A stretch of DNA of 64,000 nucleotides from Heptranchias perlo (Eukaryota). The notes under the pieces are model-generated. The model did no database searches. It worked only from the letters and a program-made list of their open reading frames with translations, and had not been told where the DNA came from. Below, in pieces: positions 1 to 12,350 of the stretch (its first letter is position 1; the number at the start of each line of letters is the position of its first letter). A program made the position numbers and the translations under genes. Location: NCBI RefSeq assembly GCF_035084215.1, contig NC_090357.1:7378001-7442000 (forward strand). The letters run 5' to 3'.

Positions 1-177
1 AATTTACTAGCTTCAAATAATAACAACTTGCACTTGTATAGCACCTTTAACGCAGGAAAACGTCCCAAGGCGCTTCACTGCACACAGGGACACACAGAAC
101 TCGAGGGTCACCGAAGATCCACGTCAAACTTGTACCCTGGACCCACCACAACCAACTAGCAGTGGCTGATGGGGAAA

Positions 178-1005
178 TGGTCCAAATACTAGAACCCACC
201 AGGAGAACCATGGAGAGATGGTCCAAATACTAGAACCCACCAGGAGAACCATGGAGAGATGGTCCAAATACTAGAACCCACCAGGAGAACCATGGAGAGA
301 TGGTCCAAATACTAGAACCCATCAGGTGAACCATGGAGAGATGGTCCAAATACTAAAACCCACCAGGTGAACCATGGAGAGATGGTACAAATACTAGAAC
401 GAACCATGGAGAGATGGTACAAATACTAGAACGAACCATGGAGAGATGGTACAAATACTAGAACGAACCATGGAGAGATGGTACAAATACTAAAACCCAC
501 CAGGAGAACCATGGAGAGATGGTCCAAATACTAAAACCCACCAGGAGAACCATGGAGAGATGGTCCAAATACTAGAACCCACCAGGAGAACCATGGAGAG
601 ATGGTCCAAATACTAGAACCCACCAGGAGAACCATGGAGAGATGGTCCAAATACTAGAACCCACCAGGAGAACCATGGAGAGATGGTCCAAATACTAGAA
701 CCCACCAGGAGAACCATGGAAAGATGGTCCAAATACTAGAACCCACCAGGAAAACCATGGAGAGATGGTCCAAATACTAAAACCCACCAGGAGAACCATG
801 GAGAGTTGGTCCAAATACGAGAACCCAGCAGGTGAACCATGGAGAGATGGTCCAAATACTAAAACCCACCAGGTGAACCATGGAGAGATGGTACAAATAC
901 TAGAACGAACCATGGAGAGATGGTACAAATACTAAAACCCACCAGGAGAACCATAGAGAGATGGTCCAAATACTAGAGCCCACCAGGAGAACCATGGAGA
1001 GATGG
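178..1005. repeat. Minisatellite, 41-bp unit (GAACCCACCAGGAGAACCATGGAGAGATGGTCCAAATACTA) with 32-bp deletion variants, ~20 copies, in the C2CD2L intron after the ATG exon
   Basis: TCCAAATAC recurs at 181, 222, 263 (period 41); shorter GAACGAACC variant units at ~397-480. Confidence 0.95.
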
Positions 1006-1037
1006 AGGGTTGAAGCTATCAAAATACAGTAACCTAC

Positions 1038-1397
1038 CCCATTGCGACAAGCCTGGTCATTCAGCGCCTTGATCCACGCTTTTTGCCAATTGTCCCTGAA
1101 GGACTTGAAGGAAAAGAGGGAAGTGACCAGACGCTTGAGTCCCGGCGCGGAGGCGCTATCTTCCCGGGAGCATCCCAGCTGCAAAAGGGAGCTCCAAAGT
1201 CCCAAACTGGCAGGAGGGCGGTCCTGGTCGGCGGATCGGCGTAAAATCCCGAATGAATACTGCACCAGCCAAGTCAACACGGTCACGATGGAGGCAATAA
1301 ACAGGAGCAGGAGGGTGACCCAGCCAGCGTCATGAAAGATAGCTGGAGCCGAGGCGCCGCCGCCGAATAGGCTGAAAACCACAGGCATCAGAGCCAT
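1038..1397 (-). CDS. C2CD2L: C2CD2L/TMEM24 phospholipid transfer protein, ATG-bearing exon (TM anchor and start of SMP domain); gene continues beyond the left edge
   Basis: Translation DAGWVTLLLLFIASIVTVLTWLVQY...SLFSFKSFRDNWQKAWIKALNDQACRNG matches the C2CD2L N-terminus; donor GGG|GTAGGT at 1037; ACCATGG Kozak context; neighbours DPAGT1 and HINFP as in human. Confidence 0.9.
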
Positions 1398-1599
1398 GGT
1401 GACTGAGCGCCTTCCACACACATACAGAGAAAATCACCAGTCCGAGCCAGCAATTTGCAGAAACAAGTCCAAGTTGGAAAATGAGTGTCAACAGTCAAAG
1501 AGTGCAAACAATATCCCCCCCCTCCCCTCCCCTCTTTACCCAACCCAGCAAAAAAAAGAACTCCCAAAACACACCGACACTCGGCTCCTGGTTCGCTAC

Positions 1600-2220
1600 A
1601 TTATATCGTGCGGTAAATGGCAACAAAAAAAAAAAATTAAAAATACAAGTTGGGTTCGATCCGCTTGCGATTCCCCTTCACTGCCCGGGTTGGAGTTTCT
1701 GCATCGCTCTTAGGTGAGAAGCGATCCATTTAAGAGCCGGGAGATTCCCCCCTCTCCCTCTCCCCTCTCCCCCCGCTCATCCTTTGAGATTCCGACTTGC
1801 AGCTGAAAATGTTACGAATTTGCTGGCGTGTCAATTTCAGGCAGGTGACTTCCTCCCGCAGCCCAGCTGGTCACACTGTATCCCCGCTCTGTGCGGGCAC
1901 CGGCTCCCGGGCTGCACTCACTGTATCCTTTCTGGAGAAGATGGATACTTTTTTTTTTGGTGTTGCAATTTAAAGGAGAAGCGCCCAGACCCGGGGGGGG
2001 GGGGGGGGGCAGAGAGAGAGAGAGAGAGAGAGTGCCGGCGATCGGCCGACTCTCACTGCCTGCCGGCTCCAGCTCCGAAACCGGAATAGGAGCGGATCCG
2101 CGGCCCAGCATTCAGAGCGCAAGCAACGACAAAAAAAAAGGGGGCCGGAGCTCCACACTGCGCAAGGGCGAGGGCAGAGCTAGTGCCGCAGCATCGGTAT
2201 TACACAGGAGGGAGAGGGGA
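1600..2220 (-). promoter_or_regulatory. CpG-rich promoter/5' UTR region of C2CD2L
   Basis: High CpG density upstream of the ATG exon; candidate donor ACA|GTGAGT at ~1921. Confidence 0.55.
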
Positions 2221-2503
2221 NNNNNNNNNNNNNNNNNNNNNNNNNNNNNNNNNNNNNNNNNNNNNNNNNNNNNNNNNNNNNNNNNNNNNNNNNNNNNNNN
2301 NNNNNNNNNNNNNNNNNNNNNNNNNNNNNNNNNNNNNNNNNNNNNNNNNNNNNNNNNNNNNNNNNNNNNNNNNNNNNNNNNNNNNNNNNNNNNNNNNNNN
2401 NNNNNNNNNNNNNNNNNNNNNNNNNNNNNNNNNNNNNNNNNNNNNNNNNNNNNNNNNNNNNNNNNNNNNNNNNNNNNNNNNNNNNNNNNNNNNNNNNNNN
2501 NNN
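2221..2503. other. Assembly gap (283 N)
   Basis: Run of N. Confidence 1.
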
Positions 2504-2845
2504 GGTCGAGGGTGGGAATGAGGAGGGGAGAGAGAGAGGGTGGGAATGAGGGGGGGGGAGAGGAGAGGGGGAGGGAAGGAACAGGGGGGAGATAGAGGGG
2601 TCGAGGGTGGGAATGAGGAGGGGAGAGAGAGAGGGTGGGAATGAGGGGGGGGAGAGGAGAGGGGGAGGGAAGGAACAGGGGGGAGATAGAGGGGTCGAGG
2701 GTGGGAATGAGGAGGGGAGAGAGAGAGGGTGGGAATGAGGAAGGGAGAGAGAGTGGGAATGAGGAGGGAGGGAGGGAGGGAGGGGACGGGAACAGAACAG
2801 AGAGGATGAAGGGGAGGGATAGGGAGAAAGGAGGGAGGGAGAGAG
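2504..2845. repeat. Polypurine tandem repeat, ~94-95-bp unit (GGTCGAGGGTGGGAATGAGG...)
   Basis: GGTCGAG at 2504, 2599, 2693; almost purely G/A. Confidence 0.85.
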
Positions 2846-4034
2846 CAAATCAGCAGGAGGACAAGCAAGGCTGCAATCCAATCATAAAATAATAATTTTT
2901 AAATGTAATTAATTCACACTTTGAATCAGCTCTACAAATGTAAATTCTCTCAAGTGACACTGCACTCAGATGCTCACAATACCTTTCACCCTCATTGCTC
3001 ATTCCTTCCAATAATAGTTAATGTTTTATTTTCTGGTTTGGTGTCAGTCATAATTGCACGGTTAGAATGGAGAATTTCCCTAATGATTTTCTTATTTTGC
3101 AGTGGTTGTCAGTACCATTTTATTATGTGGCATTTTATTATGGTGATTTTGTAATATTACTGATCTGGGAATCATCCACTCATGATCTGTTAATATACAC
3201 AGATTATGAGATTCTCTGGAGGGATTGTTTTGTGCTAGAACCGTAGGAATTGGAGTTTATTTTTAAGAGGCAGAGATGATGGAACCAAAGATACATGGTA
3301 CATGTGACATTATAATGTATACACTGAATGTCATGCCCAAACATACATGATCAGTGCTAGTTCCACAGTTAAAGACTGGAGTCCAGCACTGACTAATTCG
3401 ATGAACATCTTTTACATTAGCTTGATTTTGTTGTACTGACATAATTAACAAGTGTTTTTTTAAAATAGCAGAAAGTCGTGGATGTACTAGTGGATCCGTG
3501 GGGAGGATGGGAGGCCTTGTTTAAAATATGATGAGTGCTGCCCCAGGTTTTTGGAAAAAGGAATGATCTATTTCAGAGGGCGAACTCGGCTGATATTACC
3601 TAATTAAAAGACGTATTGTGGATTTAGCTTCATTATAATTTCGAAGAGCTGTCAGTTGTAGATCATGCTGCTGCTGTCTCGTTCCATTCTCGGGAGTGAC
3701 ATATTCCATTTTGTGTCTGCCATTGTCCTGCCTGCTGCCTGGGGAACTGGGGTAAAGCTGCAGATGGACCAGAATGCACAGCTACCATCTGTTCAGACCA
3801 CCTGGATTAACATCAGCAGCCCTGCACCCAAGTGAAGGAGCAAGAGCCTTACTTTGCTTATTTGTTCCCCCTCTAACTTTCTTCCCTTTTCTCCACAAGG
3901 TGCTGCCTCTTTGCTGGGACAAGTCCCACAGATGCCAGCAGCCCTCTGTTACTTTGTTCCCGTGGGAGTTTGGCCAGTCAATAGACTGCTCAACTGTGGC
4001 GGGCATCACAGCCGAGCCTGTTTCTGTTTGAATT

Positions 4035-4320
4035 TATGTTGTGCTTTATCACATCCTCAGGATGCCCCAAAGTGGTTTATATCCAATGAAATACTTCTGA
4101 AGTGCAGTCACGGTTGTTATGTGGGCAACTGTGGCAGCCAGTTTGCACATAGCAAGATCCCACGAAAGGCAAATCAGATGAATGACCAGTTGGACTGTTT
4201 TCCGTGGTGTTGACTGAGGAGGGATGTTGGCTGTGATATCAGGAGAATTCCTCACTATTTGAATAGTGAAAGCTTTTATGTCCACCTGAAGAGGCAGATG
4301 AGGTCTAGGTTTAATGCATC
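4035..4320 (-). mobile_element. Degraded Deu-domain SINE
   Basis: Reverse-complement similarity to the full copy at 50510-50970. Confidence 0.7.
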
Positions 4321-4724
4321 AAGCAAGGGTTAACAGAGAATCAACAGTCTCCCTTGTCTTCTTGGCTCCAGGTGCTATTTTCCTCTCAGGTTGTAAAAAA
4401 AAACAAATAATGTATAATCGTTATCAGGTCTTAATTCTGTATTTCTCAAGTAGAGATTGGGAAACTCAAAAGTGGGAGCAAAATTGAAATCCAGCACTCC
4501 ATGGTACAGTGCATTGGTGTGGAGGGCAGAGGGCAGCAGGATGAGCACACAAACTGTGCATTTCTGAAACTGGCCTCTGCTGTTAGAACAAAAAAAAATG
4601 CCCACCTGAAATGAACAATTTTGTGAGGTTGGAACACTACTCCAAGCTAAGCAGTGACAGTAGGTCAAAGGGGCATAAGTTCAAACTAACAAAGGACTGG
4701 TCAGAGGTAGCATGACAGATTGAG

Positions 4725-5108
4725 GCACTGGAACTATTTCCACTGGAGCAGACAAGGCTAAGAGGAGATTTAATAGGGGTTTTTAAAATTATGAAGGGTC
4801 TTGATGGAGTGAATAGGGAAATATTATTTCCTCTGGTTAGGAGTTAGTGATGAGGGAGGTCGGCAACTTACTATTGTCAGTAAGACGACATTCGTGTTAA
4901 TTAGAGACAGTAGAGAGTCAAGGAGAAATTTCTTTACACGGTGAGATTGTTGGAGCAACGAATGCTTTGCCACAGGAGGTGGTTCAGGCAGAGACTCTGG
5001 CATTTTTTAAAGGGAAAAATGGACATGTATTTGGAGCAGAGGAAGATACAGGGGCATGAGGAGAGAGCAGGGCAGTGGGCTAGTTTTGACTGACAGCTGC
5101 CACAGACA
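4725..5108 (+). mobile_element. Old CR1 LINE 3' fragment; tail continues at 7335-7380 after a nested insertion
   Basis: AGGCTAAGAGGAGATTTAATAG (RLRGDLI motif); tail CACAGACAT...GATGGGCCAAGTGGCCTCC split by a younger CR1. Confidence 0.75.
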
Positions 5109-7334
5109 TAGAAACATAGAAAATAGGAGCAAGACTAGGCCATTCGGCCCTTCGGGCCTGCTCTGCCATTCAAAATGATCATGGCTGATCGTCTAACTCA
5201 GTACCCTGTTCCCGCTTTTTCCCCATATCCCTTGATCCCTTTAGCATTAAGAAATATATCTATCTCCTTCTTGAATATATTTAATGACTTAGCCTCCACT
5301 GCCTTCTGTGGTAGAGAATTCCACAGGTTCACCGCCCTCTGAGTGAAGAATTTTCTCCTCATCTCGGTTCTAAATGGCATACCCCGTATCCTGAGACTGC
5401 GACCCCTGGTTATGGACTCCTCAGCCATCGGGAACATCCTCCCTGCATCTAGTCTGTCTAGTCCTGTTAGAATTTTATATGTTTCGATGAGATCACCTCT
5501 CATTCTTCTAAACTCTAGTGAATAGAGGCCTAGTCAACCCAATCTCTCCTCATACGTCAGTCCTGCCATCCCAGGAATCAGTCTGGTAAACCTTCGTTGC
5601 ACTCCCTCCATGGCAAGGACATCCTTCCTCAGATAAGGAGACCAAAACTGCACACAATACTCCAGATGTGGTCTCACCAAGGCCCTGTACAACTGCAGTA
5701 AGATATCCCTGTTCCTGTACTCAAATCCTCTTGCAATGAATGCCAACATACCATTCGCCTTCCTAACTGCTTGCTGCACCTGAATGCTTGCTTTCAGTGA
5801 CTGGTGTACAAGGACACCCAGGTCTCGTTGCACCTCCCCTTTTCCCAATCTATCACCATTCAGATAATAATCTGTCTTTCTGTTTTTACAACCAAAGTGG
5901 ATAACCTCACATTTATCCACGTTATACTGCATCTGCCATGTTCTTGCCCACTCACCCAACTTGTCCAAATCACATTGGAGCCTCTTTGCATCCTCCTCAC
6001 AGCTCACATTCCACCCCAGCTTTGTGTCGTCTGCAAACTTGGAAATGTTACATTCAGTTCCTTCATCCAAATCATTGATATATATTGTGAATAGCTGGGG
6101 CCCAAGCACTGATCCCTGTGGTACCCCACTAGTCACTACCTGCCATCCAGAAAAAGACCCGTTTATTCCTACTCTCTGTTTCCTGTCTCAATCCATGCCA
6201 ATATTTCCCCCCAATCCCATGTACTTTAATTTTGCACACTAACCTCTTGTGTGGGACCTTATCAAAAGCCTTCTGAAAATCCAAGTAATCCACATCCACT
6301 GGTTCTCCCCTATCTATTCTACTAGTTATCTCCTCAAAAACCTCCAGTAGATTTGTTAAGCATGATTTCCCTTTCATAAACCCATGCTGACTTTGTCCAA
6401 TCCTGTTAATGCCTTCCAAGTGTTCTGTTATCACATCCTTTATAATAGACTCTAGCATTTTCCCCACTACTGATGTTAGGCTAACTGGTCTGTAATTCCC
6501 TGTTTTTTCTCTCCCTCCTTTTTTAAATAGTGGGGTTACATTTGCCATGCTCCAATCTGTAGGAACTGTTCCAGAGTCTATAGAATTTTGGAAGATGACC
6601 ACCAATGCATCCACTATTTCCAGGGCCACTTCCTTTAGTACTCTGGGATGTAGATTATCAGGCCCTGGGGATTTGTCAGCCTTTAGCCCCATTAATTTCC
6701 CTAGCACTATTTTTTTTGCTAATACTGATTTCCTTCAGTTCCTCCCTCTCACTAGACCCTTGGTTCCCTAACATTTCTAGCAGGTTATTTGTGTCCTCCT
6801 TTGTGAAGACAGAACCAAAGTATGTGTTTAATTGTTCTGCCATTTCTTTGTTTCCCATTATAATTTCCCCCATTTCTGACTGTAAGACATTTGTCTTCAC
6901 TAATCTTTTTCTCTTGACATATTTATAGAAGCTTTTACAGTCAGTTTTTATGTTTCCTGCTAATTTACTCTCGTACTATATTTTCCCCTCTTAATCAATC
7001 TCTTTGTCCTCCTTTGCTGAAATCTAAACTGCTCCCAATCCTCAGGCTTGCCGCTTTTTCTGGCAATTTTATATGTCTCCTCTTTGGATCTAATACTATC
7101 CCTAATTTCTTTTGTAAGCCACGGTTGAGCCACCTTTCCTGTTTTATTTTTGCACCAGGCAGGAATGAATAATTGTTGTAATTCCTGCACACGTTCTTTA
7201 ATTATTAGCCATTGCCTATCCACCGTCATCCCTTTTAGTAAAGTTCCCCAATCTATCATAGCCAACTCACGCCTCATACTTTCGTAATTTCCTTTATTTA
7301 GATTCAGGACCCTAGTTTCGGATTCAACTACTTC
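5106..7334 (-). mobile_element. CR1-clade LINE, 5'-truncated, relatively young; RT ORF2 broken by frameshifts and a stop
   Basis: ORFs with NYRPVSLTSVVGK, YLDFQKAFDKVPH, GVPQGSVLGP, FADDTK, RGDLIETYKI; (TTCTATGT)n-type 3' tail at 5106-5122. Confidence 0.95.
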
Positions 7335-7776
7335 ACATGATGGGCCAAGTGGCCTCCTTGTCTGCTGAAAAATCTATAGCTTTGTGACACATTCTGCAAA
7401 CAGGCACCTGCAAAGAGAAGATCCTTAATAGAGTTGGTGGTGAAATTTTCCATCTCAGTTGCTCCAAACCACTACAGTCATTTCAAGCTGAACTGTTCAA
7501 ATGCTGCCAAGTCCACTGCTCGGTGAAGTCCTCCCATGGTTGGCTTCCTGACGTGGTTTTTAAAAAGATGTATATTCATTGTGGCAAGTTCCTTTTTCTT
7601 GGAAATTGTATTCAGTCATTAGTAGCCTGCCCCAGGCCTCTCTGGCATGTGTGTTCAGTGAGTTTATTTTTGATTCAGATATTAATGACTTTCCGACCTT
7701 TGCTTTCCTCTCTGCAAGGTCCATTTCCTGTTAACAGTCTCCCTGGTCTTCTTAGCGCCCAGTATGCGATTTGAGA

Positions 7777-7886
7777 ACCTCTCATTCACTCACTCACCTG
7801 ACGAAGGGGATAATCTCCGAAAGCTTGTGATTTTAAAATAAAATTGTTGGACTATAACCTGGTGTTGTAAGATTCCTTACATTTGT
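7777..7886 (+). mobile_element. Penelope terminal (pLTR) fragment with a minimal hammerhead motif at 7794-7830
   Basis: Matches the ends of the Penelope at 32780-34348 (GGACTATAACCTGGTGTTGTAAGATTCCTTACATTTGT); TCAC-CTGACGA-stem-GAAA-GCTT-GTGA. Confidence 0.8.
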
Positions 7887-9439
7887 ACAAAACATGACAC
7901 TTAGCAATCCAAGTATCAGCTGTTATGTCCCAGAGGTGAAAGGACAGTGTTTTCTAACCCACTGCACCACCTAAAGGGCAAAAATATAATGATGCTAGAA
8001 GTACATATAATTTATATCTTGTTGGGAAATAAAGTCTAGCACTTTTAAGAATTAAGAAATAAATAATGTTATGAGACTTCAAAGTAATTCTTTAGCTGTA
8101 AAGCACTTGGAACGTCTTGAGAACATGAAAGGTGCTATATAAATGCATGGCAATTCAGGCTGAAGGTGTAAAATTGACACAAGCAGCATTCAATGCTGCA
8201 AGAAAGTTCATCAATGAATGCAATGGAGTAATAAGAAAGTATTACCATATTTTAAATCCATTGCTTCATGGAAAGGGGAGTGGGTAACTCAATGGCAATA
8301 TTACATACTCATCTTCTTGCTCATGTGTAAGGGCAGTTAGTCTCATGGTTGCAGGGTCTGGTTTAGGCTCTCTCTCATTAACCATCTGGGCAACAGCAGA
8401 AACAAGGAAACAGTTCAGAAGGAGAAGAAGCCACGTCTGTATCTTCAGTTCCAGTGCGATCTGGGTCTCAAGAAATGGCCCTTTCAATAAAAAAAGACAA
8501 GTACTCCTGGGCTTTCAGGTAGACTCCAAAAATAATCCTTTTTTAAAATGAAAAATGCGGGAAATGTTTGCTTTTCTCGAATTCTTCCTACAAAATGGCC
8601 TTCACTATCCAGTACCTCATTGACACTGACTCCTTTACTCCACATTGAGGTTGTCCCACCTAGCTACAAGTTCCACCACTTTCCCAGTCCATGTCGGCCT
8701 GCCTATTTTCCTCGTTCAAGCGCCTTTCCTTCTACTGACCCACAGCTTCTCTTTCGAGGCCCTGGAACACAAACAAGCCCATTTCTGTTCTCACCACACG
8801 CCCACACACGCACCACCCATCAGTGGACAATGAAGAGAAACCCTAGTTGATTTCTCCCCACCCTAACCCAGGAGGGCTGAAGCCAGCTCTTCTGTCCTAA
8901 ACACCCTGTAGTTTTATCACCTTAACCTTATGAACGCACTGCAAAGGGAACTCTGATTTTACCACAGTGAAGCTCAGCCTATAGAAATTGGTTGGAATGC
9001 ATCACACCAGCGTCAGAGTACTGTTAGCACATCTCTGTGCCCACTGTGAACTTCTAGATTTAGACACTTACCCATTCGTATTGCAACGTTGCCTGAAGCT
9101 ATCTTTAAGATTTGCAGGCAAAATTGACAATCATACTAAAAGGGTTGAAGGGGAAGTCACACCCACGTGGTTCCTGGCCCTCTCTGGCAGCTTTTCAAGC
9201 ACAACCACATGCCGACCCCCCCTTGGTTCCAGACACGTCAGGCCAGGTGGCTGAAGAGTAGGGTAAAAAAGTTTTAAAAGGAGAAATTGATGCAAAAATA
9301 TCCTCATAAAAAGAAAACCAAATTATTTTACTTTTACGTTCATTTATTAAAGTGATAACTATACAGGAAACCCACTAGTGACGAGTATTAAGTTGTCCGG
9401 TTTTTGATGGGCGGAGGCAGGGGCTGCTCATATAAAAAA

Positions 9440-10162
9440 AAATGACTTGCATTTATAAAGCACCTTTTACGACCTCAGGACACCCCAAAGCACTTTACAG
9501 TCAATGAAGTTCTTTTGAAGTGTCGTCTCTGTTGCAATAAAAACAGAAAATGCTGAAAAAGTTCAGCAAAGTGAAGCAGCATCTGTGGAGAAAGAAATAG
9601 AGTTATGTTTCAGGTCGAAGACCTTTCGTCAGAACTGGAAGATGTTAAAGAGTTAAAGCTTTTAAGCAAGTTCTGACGAAAGGTCTTTGACCTGAAATGT
9701 TAACTCTGTTTCTTTCTCCACTGATGCTGTCGCACTTACTGAGCTTGTCCAGCATTTTCTGTTTTTATTTCACATTTCCAGCATCCGCAGTATTTTGCTT
9801 TTGATTCCCTGTTGTAACGTAGGAAACGCAGCAGCCAATTTTACACTCAGCAAGGTCCCACAAACAGCAATATGATAATGATCAGATAATCTGTTTTAAT
9901 GATGTTTGTTGAGAGATAAATATTGGCCAAGACACCAGAGAGAACTCCCCTGCTCTTCTTTAAATAGTGCCATGGGATCTTTTACATCCACCTGGGAGAG
10001 CAGATGGGGCCTCGGTTTAACATCTCATCTGAAACTCAGCACCTCCGACAGTGCAGCTCTCCCTCAGTACTGTACTGAAGTGTCATCCTAGATTTTGTGC
10101 TCGAGTCTCTGGAGTGGGACTTGAACCCACAATTTTCTGACTCACTGACCCATAGCTGACAC
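9440..10162 (-). mobile_element. Deu-domain tRNA-derived SINE (SacSINE1/AmnSINE1-like), interrupted by a Penelope-end insertion
   Basis: Reverse complement of the 50510-50970 copy; body resumes at ~9808 after the insert. Confidence 0.85.
9539..9805. mobile_element. Inverted pair of Penelope 3' ends (family B) with two hammerhead motifs
   Basis: 9539-9636 is the reverse complement of 9669-9770; flanked by CTGTTG(C/T)AA duplication. Confidence 0.8.
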
Positions 10163-12049
10163 CTTTGTCATGGAAGGCAATCAGGGAGGCATTTTCCAGG
10201 TTTTTTTTTTCTCTAATTGGCCTGAGCTTTTATTCTGTTTTTTCACCTCTCCCAGGAGATTACATGGTGGGGTGGGGAGTGACTGTATTGTGATACACAA
10301 GACATCTCAATTATATGGGTCAGGCTGGACGGACCAGTAGGTCTTTTCATGTCAGTCATTTTTTGTATGTTCGTATGTAATGGTTAACATCCACCTAGAC
10401 TAATAGAACAGGCAGATGGGGGTTCTTGATAGAACATCTCAGCTGAAGGATAGCACCTGGAATGTCAGGCTAGGCGAGGTACTTAAGTCCTGGAGATGGG
10501 ATTGAATCCACACATTCTTACTAAGAGGCAAGTACATCAACTGAGCCAAGTTGACAGGCATGATACAGAGTGTCTGTATACTCTGATACATGAGTTTAAA
10601 TTAGAAAATTTGATTGGATTGGTGCTAAAAGGGCAAATATGGCAATCAGACTGATTGATGAATTTATAAAACACACCAATCCCAATGCTGCTTCTAACAA
10701 ATATGGACAGTAAGGGAATCCTTTACCTACCTCATTCTCATTGACCTGCTCCTCTTAAAAATCGATGAATGAAACGGATGTCAGGGCTAAGTGCACATCA
10801 TCCCCACTTCATACACTTACAGTAAAGATTCCCTTAAAAAAAACTATTTCCGTAAACATAGTGCAACCCTTGGTGTTGTGAGAGAAACATGTTTTTCTCA
10901 ACATGCTCCAGTCCTGGAATTAAATTGATCAGACCGTTTATGTCAACTAATGGATTTCAAAATCTTAGTCCACAAAGTTTCGGTCTGAGCTTGGAGCTAG
11001 TCACACCTTCTGTGAATTGGATATTTTAATATATTAAAGTTTGAAAATATTCACTGTCTGCTTTAGTTCTCTAATTACCACATCAAGCACAGCTCAAGCA
11101 GTTCTGTTCTGCATTTATTACAAAAACAAAATTTACAAGCAACGCAGTAATAAAGAGATTAAGGCGCTTGCTTCACAATACCACGGCCAATAGCCAACAG
11201 TTCAGTTCTGACCAGGTACAGACAATTGCTGCAATTTTAGGCTAAGTGATAAAACGTGTAGAAAGAAGATTCTTTCCGTCCCGGTGTTTCACTTTGTTAT
11301 ATTCCCTCCGACATTCAAGGACATACATCTCAATGTAATCTCTCCCAGTTGAAAGACTGGCATGCTTCAGCATCGCTGCCTCTGCTCTGCTGAACTGAAG
11401 AAAGGTTGAACAAAAGTACCACCTACTCCCCCCTTCCCGTCACAAAAGCAGACCGATAGAGGCCTGACCAAACCCAGCACATATGACTAGTGTATTTCTG
11501 TCAGCTGAAATCATGACTGCAGCAGTCTGCAACACGAGTTTTACAATCAGATTTTGCTTATTCCAATCAAGAGCAGATGCAGAATAATTTAAAAACATCA
11601 TCATCGATACTTTCAAGGTTAACACCTGAAAATGCAAAGTAAATTGCTTCAGAGGGTTTGTTGTGAGAGCCATTAAAATTACAACAAGGCATGAATAATA
11701 ATTAAACAGATGCGTTCTGAAGCTGAAAAGCGAGCTATTGAAGGGTCTACACCTGAAATGTTAAACTGCCTTTACTCTACAGATGCTGATGGACCTACTG
11801 TGCATTTCCAGGATTTTCTGCTTTTCGGATTTCAAGCATTTTTTTTTCCTTTACACGTATTCCTTAACAGACCAAAAAAAAGCACCGGATATCTCAAGGT
11901 ACAACTCACTCCTCATAATCTCTTCACCTCTGTCCCTAAAAGCAAAAGCACATAGCTAAGGCCACTGCTTATCACGGACACTGAACCAAATCGTTTAATG
12001 CAATCCCCATACTATCAGCAAAACTCCCGAATCCGATGTAATAAGGCAA

Positions 12050-12350
12050 ATGAAAGGCTTGCATTTATATATGGCCTCAACACATCTAAGTGCTTCATAC
12101 AAAGTGCAGTGAATTAAGTAGGCAAATACAGCAGCCAATTCGCACAGTAAAATCCCACAAACTGCAATGAGATGAATGACCAGTTAATCTGTTTCTTTTG
12201 ATGGTGTTCGTTGAGGGAGGAATGTTGGCCAGGACACAGGACACACTTGCTCTTTGAAGAATGCCATGGGATAAAAATGCATTGAGATATGAACACACAA
12301 TCTTGACTCAAGGAGGTAAAAGAAGTGCCAACTGAGCCAAGCTGACATAC
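12050..12350 (-). mobile_element. Degraded Deu-domain SINE
   Basis: CTTGCATTTATAT tail; GCAGCCAATTCGCACAG; CACTGAGCCA-like head. Confidence 0.7.

Noticed and set aside
178-1005. Regular repeat array resembling CRISPR
   Set aside because: Units are contiguous with no unique spacers, the context is a vertebrate intron, and there are no cas genes; it is a minisatellite
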